Below, one piece after another: positions 50,280-63,092 of a stretch of DNA of 64,000 nt (within the stretch, counting starts at the first letter, position 1; the number at the start of each line of letters is the position of its first letter). The notes under the pieces are model-generated. The model was not told the origin of the DNA, searched no databases, and saw only the letters and a list, made by a program, of their open reading frames with translations. This stretch comes from Lama glama (taxonomy: Eukaryota). The position numbers were made by a program, and so were the translations under genes. The DNA is taken from NCBI GenBank assembly GCA_028534125.1, contig CM052816.1, forward strand, positions 28,026,001 through 28,090,000, given 5' to 3'.

Positions 50280-51599
50280 TTTTGTTTTATATATAACATG
50301 TTTCTTTTTATGTTGTACTATGCTTATTTATGAGTTACGCAGTAGGATAAGAAGTGAGGATGAGAAGAAAGGAAAGGGGCCAGGGGTGGTCTTCTGTGTG
50401 TAGTCTTCATCACAGAGACCTCTAACCTGCAGTTCTCAAACATGACTGGTAACACCACATGGGATCACTTACAACTTCTCCCTCAGTCCCTGAACTCTGT
50501 TATTCTCACCAGTATCTTTCTTCTGCCATCTCTTTACCCTTCAGAAAACTCTCATGGCAGAAAGGATGTAATCAAACTCCAAAAAGGCTTCTAGAGCCCC
50601 TACCCTACATGTGGTCCTATGAGAAATGCATTTTATGCCAGTGCACTGACCTCATCCCCAACTGTTGATTGATTTGCCAACCCAGAGGTGTTCCCACTAC
50701 TCAGCAGAAATCCTGCATAAGCTACTTACCTTGGGAATCACAGAGTTACTTAGGAGTTTCTTTTCAAGACATATGTTGTATTTCATCACTTTAGATTACT
50801 TTTTCTACTCCAAATTATGTAAGGCATCACTAGGACATCCCCAGCTGCAATGTATTTTAGCAACTAGGCTAAATTGAAAATTGCACAGTCCTCAAACCGA
50901 GTAAAATGTTTTCACAACCTGACACCAATATATGGCAATTAAAAGTAAACCAGGTTTCTTTATAATCAAGGACAAAAAAGCAAAATAAAATAACTGTAAT
51001 AAACAGAGTTTTCTTCATTACTCACACGTATGATATAGAGTACTTGTAAGACACCAATATTTATAAAAAAAAAAAGACACCAACATGAAGATAATGGTGG
51101 GCTGTGGTTTGTTTGACGGTAACAGGTAGATGGTATCAACGAAAATCATCAAAGTGATACACTTGTTCTAGTTACTACTGAGTGGGATTTTATATTTCAA
51201 CAACAGATTCCCAGCAATTTCTTTTGTCAGAACATTTTTACCCTCTATCTGGTTCTGCAGATGGAGTTTGTGACACACGGGCCCTGATCCTTCATTATCA
51301 ACTCCGGTAGACCATGCAATCCCATTATTTACACAGGTTTTGGGTTTTGTTCTGTTTTGTTTTTTCCCTATTCCCTTACAAGCACCACCCCCGCCCCATT
51401 AATTCATCGACGTTTACGTACCTCTTCTATCTACCATTCTCATAAAACACAAAGTACGCTGCCAGAAGAATTATGTGATTTATTTAAATGAAGTGCATCT
51501 GCTTTGGTACCTTATTAATCTCATTTATGTACGAACTTCTGCTTTAAGGGTGTGATAAGTTGAGATAATAAATAAGAGGTCTACTTCTCTTACCTGTGT

Positions 51600-51647
51600 A
51601 GAACAGTGGGCTTTCGGTTCTGGAAGCATGGCTCTCATGGCTTTCGG

Positions 51648-51717
<70 letters not shown>

Positions 51718-51850
51718 ACCCTCCGACCGTGGCCGCAGACCCCGCACCGCAGCCGCGCGCTGAGCTGCGTTAAACGCCACGCACAGGCACGGGGCTCCTC
51801 CCCCTGCGCTCACCTGAGACCGTGGGCCCACACCTCCTGCTCGTTTTCCT
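51600..51850. promoter_or_regulatory. Small CpG/GC-rich patch, candidate promoter or first exon
   Basis: The only dense CpG cluster in the window (ccgaccgtggccgcagaccccgcaccgcagccgcgcgctgagctgcgttaaacgccacgcac), in apparently repeat-poor DNA and with minus-strand donors nearby. Confidence 0.55.
51649..51714. repeat. (GGAGCA)11 perfect hexanucleotide repeat
   Basis: Eleven consecutive units counted directly. Confidence 0.97.
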
Positions 51851-52899
51851 TAATTGCAGGTTCCTGACCCTCTATGTCCTATTTTGACGGCTGCTTCTGC
51901 TGCCTTCACTCTGGGCAAACATTTCCAAATTCTTTTTGGCCTGGGACACCTCAGTTTCTCACTCAGCTCTTGACTCGGCCTTCCGTGACTTTGGACGGTC
52001 TCATTACAGGTTTTATCTCTAGCCTCATCCTCAAGTTCTGTTAAGTGGAAAGAAGTTCAGCAGACAGGATAGAGAGAAAAGTACCCAGAAATGCAGCGAA
52101 ATTACTCAGGATATGCCTCAAGTAGCCTTTTCCCCCCCTTTTAAAAGCTCTCTCAGGTAACCCCGAAGACTCGCACATACTCACACACAAGTTAGTCAAC
52201 AATTCAGTATCGCCGCCTACACACTCAGCTGTTCTGCACTGTAGTTTATTTGTATGTGTCTGCAGGTGGGGGTGGGAGGGCTGCCCCACGAGATTGTGAG
52301 CTCCTATAGGATAGAGGCTTCTTCAGTTTTGCTCCCCCTACATTATATGCCTAAGGGTTACTATGTGTGGGTGGCATTAAGTTGAAGAAAATGTCTGACC
52401 TTTTAGGGAGGATGGCAGAATCTGTTTTCACAAGATAGACCTCCCCACCCAGTTAGAACATACAATGCTCAAAACACACCTAAATGAAGGAAGGATTCCA
52501 GTACAGAAACACTCATCCTCATGGGCTCAAACACACATTCCTGGTGTGCAACCTGGTATTCTATCACTGGTGCAAAATCGACTCCTGTGTACTTTTGCTC
52601 ATTCTACCCACTGAACAATCTCTGCCTCACGGGGAGTTGGGAGTTCTCACTGCTGCTACCATTCCACAAAGAGCAAAATAACAGTAGTCCAGAAACTACT
52701 GCCACATGGCCCCCTTTCTGGGTCACTACTCTTTAGCTTGCAATTGGATGATGCCACACGTATTAACATCTGTCACGGTTAGTCCCCACTGGAAACACTT
52801 AACTTTATATGAAAAGATTCAGGAATGAATGAAATCATGGTAACTGCTGTGTGTTCATGTGTGTGTCTGCAGGCACCCTGTGCTTATACTTGCAAGTGT

Positions 52900-53390
52900 C
52901 CAGGATATTTTCTTAAACTTCTTCTTAGAAAAGCGCTGCAGAGCCCTTAAATATCCATCCCCACTCCATGAAGTCTTGGAGCACTATCAGCCTCTGTGTT
53001 GCATTTCCCCTCCTGCATTTACATGTAATCCAGGCTGAGTCGTTTGGAGTCTTTCCCATAATGACTGAACTGAAAATGGATGGCAGGTTTCCCATCTTCT
53101 TGGAACTTAACTGTAGGATGACAGGGCTTTCCTTAGGATTTTTTCACAATGCAGAGACACGGAATGTAAAAAATGAAATCCAGTAAAAACTAGCAGGGGT
53201 CAGAGAGAGGGTTCTACTGGCCCTGAATCCTGGTGCCAGTGTCTGAGGTCTAGATGCTGTACTTCTCCTTTGGTTTTGTGAGTATTCTTTCCAGCTACTG
53301 AGAAGCATTTCTTTTTGTTTTGCTTTTCCTTCAGGTGATCTGAGTTCTGATTTTTATCACTTGCATCCAAATACAAGTACTATCACTGTG
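52900..53390 (+). mobile_element. MaLR LTR (old MLT1J/K/L-like)
   Basis: End motif tctgagttctgatttttatcacttgcatccaaa and internal gccctgaatcctggtgccagtgtctgagg. Confidence 0.5.
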
Positions 53391-53899
53391 GTAGCCGGCT
53401 GGTAATCTCAGAGTTAACACTTTTTGAAATTTGCTTTAATCCTGAAAAATTCAGAAAATGAACCTTTTAAATTTGGACTGTTTGGATCATCTCACAACAC
53501 AGTGTAGTCTTTCTAAAGTATTATGGGTATTTTAAAGAGACTGTAAGCCTTTTTTTCTAAGTTAAAAATTCCAGTTACCCTCTTTTCCAGCTTTCTGTAA
53601 TGTGCTGTTCTCAACATCACCATTTTGCAATGCAACTTACAAGTTATTTTTTGTACTAAATTATAAAAAACATGTACTAGTCTTTTTTTAACCCTTATTG
53701 GCCTTAGAGATAAAACTTTTCACATCCAGGTTCTTACCACTTCTACTGTCCTAACATTTTTGACAAACATAAGCAGAGACCTACAGGTTGATAAGTTTGA
53801 TGATTAAGAAAAGAATATTTAAAAAAGTAGATAGACTGTACAGGCTGAGAACAAAATATGAGTAGGTAACACATTAAAACTAACATATTAACAATTAGC

Positions 53900-54140
53900 A
53901 AAAGACAGCTGAATCTACCTTAATGTGAGAAGGCTATGAGTGACCTTTTACTCACAGAATTAGCTGTATATTGAGGTGACATACCCAGCTCTGGGGAGGA
54001 GCAAATGATGCCTGTTTATCTACATCTAGGGTACATACACCAGGAGCACAGCCATTTGTTTATAGCTGGCATCTGTTCTGATTGGCTGATGCCCATAAAA
54101 TAGCAATTATCAGGTTGTTAAAAGTCTTGAAGATCATTGG
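53900..54140. mobile_element. hAT-Charlie relic (MER112-like)
   Basis: gttctgattggctgatgcccata...caggttgttaaaagtcttgaagatca resembles the MER112 end. Confidence 0.4.
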
Positions 54141-56649
54141 AGAACTTCAAGAATGACTGAAGGGGAGGGATCTAGAGATGAAGTGTTGCTAAGAAGCAGC
54201 TTAAAAAATAAGTAAATAAACCAAGAAATAATCACAATGAGGGCTCTCTAGGATATCTGGAGATTTTAAAACATTTACATTTGTATCTAATTTTGTTACT
54301 CATGACTTATTTCTCTACAATAGTAATAGAATAGTTGAAATGAAAAAGCTTTCTCTTTCTTTTCTTCCTTCCTTCTTTCCTTTCTTTGTCTTTTTGTTGC
54401 TGTTACTCCCTGGGAAAGAGGTCAAGGATAAGCTAGACAAAAATTTATTACTCAATAGATAACTATAGGGTAAAAAGAAGCCCCAAAACCTTGAGGAGGA
54501 ATGCAGCTCGATGAGGAGAAGAGAAGGCAAAATCTGGGTTTCAGAAAGAAGGAAATGAGGTCCAACCTGAAACACTTGCTGTTGGTCTGAAGTGGGCAGT
54601 ATGGCTTTTCCCTGCCTGCTTTTCTCTCAGTCACAAGATGGGCATTCCACAATTTGCACTAATTCTTCTAAATTTTTACCAAGTGCTTTTGGAAAATGCC
54701 TTTGTATATCTTTTCCCCCCTCCTAATTCTGAGCTATCTTTGGAGACCTTAAACTGCCTAGAGGAAAAAGTGGTAATTTGTTGTTGTTGTTTTGTATCTG
54801 GAACTGAGGTTATGAATATACTGAAATATTAAATAAATACGCATTGGAGTAACCTGGGAGACATTCCAGGTTTCACTCCTTCTCTAAAAGAAAAAGGGAA
54901 AAAAATATGAACTTTCATGGTGCATGTGGATAGTACTTTCATCAACTTGCTTTTCTTTTCAGAAATATTTCAAACTCTGGAAAAAAGGGTCTAAGAACAA
55001 TGTTTGAGTATTCTTCTGCTTTATTTTAAGGCTGTACTCAGGGGAAGACCGCTAGACACAAAGCAGACTGAGTTGTACGCTTAGATTGAATTTAAAGGAG
55101 TGAACTGAAGCATGTGATTTTTTTCCCCTTACATGTAAGGAATTGTTTTAAACCAACAGAAAGGACTAGGTAAGTGATTCCACTAGAGTCCTTCACACTT
55201 GCCAATGGATAGGGCAGGTCAACATTTTAACATACTAGGTCAGAAGTGGCACTGTCATGATTACTTTCTCATATTTATAGTCAAAGTATTCAATTCATTT
55301 TATTTTAGCTCTAACACTTATAAAAGCAGACATCTAGAAAACAGAGAATTGCATTTTATTTCATTAGTTAAAGGAAATGGTTCATTCCACTTGATTTCTG
55401 TAATTTATTTTTCAATTAGGAATATTGATCCCCTGCCAACATTCATATTTCATTTGGGAATATGTTTTGATCACATGTTTTTGATCTGAAAATAAAGATA
55501 ACCGAAATTTAAATAGGCATGGCTATTGGAAAAACAAAACAACATACTAACAAGGACAACAGCAAAAAGTGCTCTAAAAAAATGCTAGGCTTTTCACTTA
55601 CTGTGTTTTGGTTTTAGTATGATTTAGCATAATGTATATTAGATATTTACTATCATTATATGATTAAGTAATTACTCAATATCCATAAGAAAAAAAATGA
55701 AGGCTCTCAACTTGAAAAATGCTAATAGTTGAAAATTAACTGAATACTCAACAATAACATTAAAATTTTTTAATTAATGCAAGTTCCAAAACTATGAAGA
55801 CAGCTCTGTCTGTAGATCATGACAAGCCTAGGTTGGAGTTTAGGTTTTGAAAGAGTTTTGTGATTAAAATAGAGTTTCATTGTGTGTGTATGTGGTGTGG
55901 CTGTGTGGGTGCATTTTTATGAAGGCTTATTTAATGTACTCCACTATTAATGAGTATCTACTTTCTGTGAAGTGATTGTAATATGCCTTCTGCAGTAAAA
56001 GAGCTTATTAGAAAGGGAAAGGCATGGAATTTTAAAACTGTAATTCAATATAATGCTAGAATTATGGAACTAGGAATTTAAGACAGCATGGTACAGGGGA
56101 AACAGTTCATGCTGAGTCCAGATCTGTCTTTCAAACTGACTCCATCCCTTGATAATGGAAGATTGATGAATAAATTAATGTATGTCCTTCAGTTTGCATT
56201 CCTATGAAACAGATCAAAGCGAACTTACAACGCTACTGTGAATAAGGCTTCAGCATATATTGATTAAATGTTACTTCCAACTAAGTATGTGAAAATCTGG
56301 AAAGGAGTACAAATACTAGTTAAAATTAAGAGAATGCATAAACACACAATTCAAAAAAATGTACATATGTACAAAATAAATTCTGTCATTTGTTCTTTAT
56401 ATATGTCACATGTACTGTGCCATAAAACCATCCAGATGAAATTAATTTACTTCATAAATTAACATATTTAAAAAGTCAACAAAAACTACTTTATGAAATC
56501 TGTAACTTAAAAAAATTATTACACATGTTTCATCAGGTTATACTACAATCATTACATTTCGTATCACAGACTCCTTATTTACTATACTTTCTTCAATAAA
56601 ATTAAAATTGAAAAGAGCTATTATTAAGTGACAAAAATAATTCACTTTT

Positions 56650-58200
56650 AAAATAAACTTTTTGATAAAGTATAACAGACAAATTGCAAGGAAAACAAAT
56701 CACAAGTGTATAAGTGATGAACTACCATGAAGTGAGGCCACCTCCTTGACTAGCAACCAGATTAAGAAATAGAGCAGCAGCCACACTCCCACTTGTATGT
56801 CTTCTCCTAGTTACTTATTTCCATTTCCATACCCTGCACAGAGGTACCATTACCTTAACCTCTGGGAATCTAGATTAATTTTGTCTATTTTTCAATTCTG
56901 TATAAGTAGAACCATACAGAAACAGTCTTTTGCAACTGGTTTATTTTAGTAAACATTATATTTGAGTCATCTATCCATATTATAACAATAGTTGGTTAAT
57001 TTTCATTTTTATATAGTATTTGGTATTATGACTAGCCCACCATGTATTTATTTATTGTTTTGTTGATGGGTATTTGTATTGCTTCTGCTTTGGAGCAATT
57101 GTAAATAATATTGCTATGTGTTTCATTGAACATGTATTTTGGGGAACATGTATATCCACTTTATTTGAGCATATATCTTGAAGTCAAATTTCTGTATTCA
57201 TACATTGAACTTAAATATTTATCTCAACGCCTTTTTCAGAGACCGTACCAATTTACACTTTCACAAACCAGATGCAAAGAAAGCCCAATTTCTTTGTATC
57301 TTCAACAATACTTGTTGCCTGTCTTTTTAAATGCGTACTTGTAATTTGCTATGGTTTTTTATTTGAGTTTCCTTAATTACTGTTATGGTTTGAACGGTAT
57401 CCCCCACAAAACCCGTATGTTGAAATTCTATCCACTCCTATCTCAGAATATGATCTTATTTAGAAACAGGATCATTGTATATGTAATTTGTTAAATTAAA
57501 ATGAGTCCATACTAAAGTAGGGTGAGGTCTTAATCCAATCTAATTGATGTTCTTATAAAAAGGAGACATTTGGACATAGAGACATAGGAAAAATGTCACA
57601 TGAACACTGGAATTACGCTGCCATGAGCCAAGGAATGCCAAAGACTACCAACCAACCTGCAGAAGCGACAAGAGAAACATGGAACAGATATTCTTTATGC
57701 CCATTAGAAGTCAACCTTGCCGACAGCTTGATTTTGGACACCTAGCCTCTGGAATGTGAGACAGTAATTTCTATTGTTTAAACCACATATTTGTGGTCTT
57801 TGTTCTGACAGTTATTAAACTAATTAATGCTAATGTTAATTTGTTTGTTTACTGATGTTGCCATTTGGATATTCTCCTTTGTGAAATACCTATTCTAAGG
57901 GTCTGTCTTTTTTTCCTGACTGAGTACTAAGACTATAGTAGCTATATGGCTATAAGTTGACTTTCACCTATATATGCAAATACCTTCTTTAAAGAGTAAT
58001 TTTTTTAACTCATTTAATGATGCCTGTTGTTAAACACAATTTCTTAATGTTGATAAAGTGTGATCAGTGTTTTCTTTTATGTTTATTTCTTTTTATATTC
58101 TAATTGTTATATCTTTCATATCTAATTCTGCAAAGTTTCTAGGACTGATTCGTGTATGGTGTGTGATATGGTACGATTCACTTTTTAAATCAAAAGTATC
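56650..58200 (-). mobile_element. Old LINE-1 3' region (L1ME/L1MC-like), interrupted by MLT1
   Basis: tgatgggtatttgtattgcttctgctttggagcaattgtaaataatattgctatg, taccaatttacactttcac, gccatttggatattctcctttgtgaaatacctattc. Confidence 0.75.
57381..57826 (+). mobile_element. MaLR solo LTR (MLT1B/C-like)
   Basis: Starts tgttatggtttgaacggtatccccc; contains gagccaaggaatgccaaag and ccttgccgacagcttgattttggac; ends ...aaactaatta. Confidence 0.85.
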
Positions 58201-59459
58201 TGTAATTATCTATCGACTTCCTTTATGAAGCTTAGTCTCCTTTGTTATTTGCTTATAGAATCGGAGTTTGTTATTTGCTTTTACAAAATTGAAGTTTGTA
58301 ATGGAGACACAAAATCATAAAGGAAAACTATCCTTTTAGAATGTCAATTTATTTAGTTCAGAAGTAAACTTCCGTAAGAAATGTGCTCATGTTTGCCTGT
58401 ATAAAAAAACAAATTAGATAAGCAGTTTGACATCTAGTTGATTTTTTTTTAACGGCCATGAGGTCTAGACAGCCATATTGACAAAGATCTACAAAGAGAA
58501 CATGTTATAGTTTCTATATTACTTTGTCAGGTGAGGTAGAATTTGTGTCTAAAAGAGTCAGAATTCTTAACAGTGCCTCCTATTTGAGGCACTCCTATTT
58601 GAATCTTGGTTAGTATGAATACTCCTTTTGAAATTAAGTATGGGTTTTATGTCTTACATTTTTGAATGTATGACCACAAAATTGGTAGACTTGGAGCATT
58701 TATCTGCCAAAGGGGAGCGAGGAATTAGAGTGTTACAGAAGAGACATTAGTAGAAGGACCTTGCAATTCATAGTATTGTATTGAGAATGATTTTCCCAAT
58801 TCCTCAGTTTTATAGAGGACAAGACCTGAAAAACTAGATCACACAGTTACATGCAGAAAAAAAGAAAGCCAGAATTCTTGTCCATTTGACTCAAGAAAAA
58901 TTGCAGAAAAAATGTGGGGAGAGGTGGTATGCTGATATTTAAATAAGCTCACAACCCAGTTACTCTTCTTTTGACTTTAGCTTAAAGGAGGACTTTGACA
59001 GATAAGGGTAATTAAAGCAGAAAGTAGCTCTTGTACCTGCCCACCCCTATTTGGATCTCTGGCAGGAGATTACCTTATGATTCTCTGTACAATCTTTAGT
59101 AGCAGCCTTGGGAATGCAAAGGGATCAAGAGAGGGAAACTTTGAGATTGACATTTTCTCCCTAATTGCTCACATGAAAACAAAATATTCTCAGAAATAGC
59201 CAAGTGATTGTCTGAGAGCGGTAACAGAGGGCATCACTGCACCGAGAATGAACTGGCTCTGTATCTACTGCTAACGAGAGGACCGAAAGAGTTGGCGTTA
59301 GAAGGACATCAAGCGTGATATCAGAGCACAAGTCTAGAGCACTCTCCGGCCAGACACAGACTGAACCAGCATTTCCTGACAGTGCAGTAAAGACAAATTC
59401 ATGAGCTAAACTATGATCATTCAGAAAATGAGTGAATTCTGACAGAGCAGAACTCTAAA

Positions 59460-60560
59460 AAATGAAAATGCAGAGGGTAAAGAATAATAAGTAAGATATG
59501 CCACATACACAACTCAACTCCAGATCAATTAAGAATGTTAATGTCAAAACTAGAACCTTTAAAATTTCAGTTGAAAATTTAGGTCTTATATTTTGGGCTT
59601 TGGTGTAGGGCAAGCTAGGGAATTTTTTAAATTGAAGTAACATGGGTTTATTAATGTTATATAAGTTTTGTGTGCACAACATTATATTCTGAATTCTGTA
59701 CATAAATGGGGGAAGATAGTAATAGTTCCCATAGACAACAAAGGAACTGTATCAAGAATATTTTTTAAATAACTGCAAATCAGTAAGAGAAGCAAAACCC
59801 ACACAACTGGGAAAAAAAAAGGCAAAATATGTGAATAGGCATTTTGCTGAAAATGAAAGATTAGGAAAAAATATCAGAAGTCAGGGTCATTAAATCAATA
59901 CCACAATGAGATACCCTTTTAAATTATTCAACTGGTGAAAACTATGAGATATTATCAAATTTTAGAGGGTATATGGTCACAGAATCTCTTATAAATTTAT
60001 ATTGAATATAAATAGATGCAAATATTTTCAAAATAGTTTAAAATTATTTCCTGAGGCTGAACATCACATTTCTTACAAGAGAATGAATCTACTTCTAAAT
60101 TTACATCATCAGAAGCTCTTGTCCACATACAACACAAGAAAGACATGTATAAGAATGTTTATAGCAATATTGTTCACAATGAAAAAAAGTTGGAAACAAC
60201 ACATATGTTCATGACAAGAACACAAATAAGCTGTGGTGTGTTCACACAATTAATTACCATAAAGCAGTCAAAATGAATAAATTATGGTATATGTAGCAAT
60301 ATGGTTGAATCTCAGCAATACAATGTTTAGTAAAGAAATCACAACTCCAAGGTTATATAAAGCATGAGGTCTTCTAATAAAGTGACCAGAACTAAAATTT
60401 TAAATATACTTCTTGGGAAATATTTATATGCATAATACAATATAAAGAGGAAAGTGTGTGGATGAAGGACACAGACTTTAGAAAGATTACATCAAGTAAG
60501 GGAAAACAGAGTAATGAAATGAAAAGAACATGTGTTTAGATGTAGGCTAAACTGGTGGGT
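59460..60560 (+). mobile_element. Old LINE-1 3' region
   Basis: aataccacaatgagatacc, aagaatgtttatagcaatattgttcacaatgaaaaaaagttggaaacaac. Confidence 0.75.
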
Positions 60561-61094
60561 TCACTTGTACTTACTACATACATGAAAATATTGAACTAAA
60601 TTTTTACCATAAATAAAAGCACATTGTATTGGGCTAGCAATGAGATTGAACCAACTTTTATGATTAATCCAATTCTATACTTATGAGAGGAGAGAATTCT
60701 AAGGAATTTTAATTAGTAATCATAGATAGAAAAAATATGCAACACATTCCAATATGACTTGACACAGAAAATAACTGGATAAACCAATAAGGGAAGTAAA
60801 ATCCAGTTTTATCCATCTTTTCCATTTTTTCCCAGGTTAATGTTAACATTGTGGGACTACAGAAAGCATCCTGACTGTACCGGGCTTCAGCTATCTTACA
60901 GATTCACATCTCCATTTATGTACACCCTGAATTTATTTTTACTTCCTAGTAGAAACACTACTGCAGCATCTTAGGCACAATCAATTGTCTCTATTGCCTC
61001 ACAGAAGACTCCATCCATTGGGGCAGGTTTCAGCCTCTCCAGTAGTGGTTTCTTGTGGTCAGAAGTTCTCTAACAAAAATTATATATCCCTTAA

Positions 61095-61181
61095 AATTCT
61101 TTTTCTTTTAATGGAGGTACTGGGGATTGAACTCAGGACCTCATCCATGCTAAGCATGTGCTCTACCACTGAGCTGTACCC
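61095..61181 (-). mobile_element. Vic-1-like tRNA-Ala SINE
   Basis: Reverse complement GGGTACAGCTCAGTGGTAGAGCACATGCTTAGCATGGATGAGGTCCTGAGTTCAATCCCCAGTACCTCCATTAAAAGAAAAAG. Confidence 0.9.
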
Positions 61182-61390
61182 ACTAGATACAAACTACTAT
61201 ATATAAGATGGATAAACAACAAGGTCCTACTGTATAACATAGAGAACTATATTCAGTATCTTATAATAGCCTATAATGAAAAAGAACAGGAAAAGGAATA
61301 TATGTATGTATAAATGAATCACTATGCTGTATACCCGAAATTAACACAACACTGTAAATTGACTATACTTCAATAAAAAAAATGAATAAA
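61182..61390 (+). mobile_element. LINE-1 3'UTR end
   Basis: agatacaaactactatatataagatggataaacaacaaggtcctactg...gactatacttcaataaaaaa is collinear with 32481-32687. Confidence 0.9.
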
Positions 61391-61574
61391 GTGAGAAAAA
61401 ATCATATGTCACTTCATATAGCCCTGCACTATTCAGGTCAGTCTAGTACTAACATGTGGAAACTGAACAGAGGGCAAATGAACTATAACAAAAGGGATTG
61501 CAAATCATTCTGCAAAATATTGTCACAACACTTAACAGGTCATATTGTGATAATCTGTTCACATGTTTCTCTTC

Positions 61575-61692
61575 TCCATTAAAATAAACTTCTTGAAATT
61601 AGAGGCTGTATCATTTCAAGAATTGAATCATCAGTTTCTAGTGAGTGTCTAGTACTCTGCAGAGGTTTATTCAACGAATAAATAAATGAATG
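61575..61692 (+). mobile_element. L2 3' end
   Basis: aataaacttcttgaaattagaggctg...tttattcaacgaataaataaatgaatg. Confidence 0.5.
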
Positions 61693-63060
61693 CTTATCAT
61701 CTTATAATATATGACGTTATGTACATTCTTACATATCATAGGTAGGTTTAAAAGTTATGACAACAATCATTTTGATGGAGTAACGAAATACAATGGTCCC
61801 TGGAAGTGAACGTCAAAGCAATTTTTCTGGTGAGGGAATATATGTTTATATGCTATGTAAATACAATTTTCTCACAAATATCTGAGAATATAATATGGTA
61901 TTATTCTTGAAGAGTAGGCTAAAGAATCATCTCCCCCATTAGACTCTCCGTTTAGTAGAGCTTTTCTTAATTAACCAGGTCATTGTTTCCATTCCTTTCA
62001 AAATTGCATTCCCTAGGACTCAAAACACTGAAACTGTCACACGGCCCTGAAGAGCTCCCAGCTTGGCCATGCTCCTCTGCAACACTTTCTCTAACTAGCA
62101 AGAAATAGGGCTTTGAGCCGAGATAATTTCATGGAGTAGCACAACAGTGGATGGTGACATCTATATACACAATGAAGAGGAAAATGAAGGGTCTAGAAAG
62201 GATTAGAGAAAAGACACCATGGAGCCTGCAGATAGAACAACTGGAAGACAGAGCACAAAGAATAAAAGTTAATCCCACTGTCAACTTCAAGACACCAATA
62301 TAGTAGTTAATGGGAAAGGAAGGTACACAACCCAGGTAATAACAGTCCCATTAGCTCTTTGCAAGGGCTTAAAACTCTGGCTTTTTTGTTTTTTTAACCT
62401 AGTATTATGATCTCATCCTATCTAATTCCTATGTCTTCCTTAATGAAATCTAACAACGGGTATTTTACACTAGGGTTGCTGTCCTATACATACAGAGAAT
62501 AATGTGAGATAATCTATAAGGTTTTTTTTTTCTTTAGGTTATATATGGAGAAGACAAGAGCAATTTAGTTATTAGGGAATCTTAAATGAAGAAAGACGAA
62601 ACCCTGTAACCCTAAGCCAGATCACCAGAACTAACACTTTTTGTTCCCACTCACTCCTTCTTTATTCGTAAGATGCATCAATGAATTCTCTAAGATCATA
62701 AACTCTACATTTATTATTTAAGCAGAGAAGCTTTGTAAGGAGAAGAAAAATGAGAGGCCAAAGGCAAAAGAAATACAAGTAAGAGTTCAGGTGATCAAAA
62801 AGGAAGGTAAAAAATGCCTTCTTGCAGAACAGCAGTGTGGTGATAAAACGTCAGCGACACCTGAAAAGAGGCTGGTGCTAAATAATAAATGAACAAGACA
62901 ACTGAGAAACAGAAGAGTTTGGAAAAAACAAAATACTCCATAAACATAATTTTTTTAAAAGACATCCACTTTAAATTTAAAACCTGGAAGCTTGGGAAAC
63001 CTAGACCATTGGTGGTAAAAGGTGATTTTCCTCCCAGTACATGGATTAAGATGTGCACCA

Positions 63061-63092
<32 letters not shown>

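Noticed and set aside
51544..51867. Silk-like poly(GA) or poly(SC) proteins
   Set aside because: These are translations of a stop-free hexamer microsatellite with no other coding evidence.
58241..58300. Spaced direct repeat tttgttatttgctt (CRISPR-like)
   Set aside because: Only two 14-bp copies with a 26-bp period; a decayed minisatellite in eukaryotic DNA.
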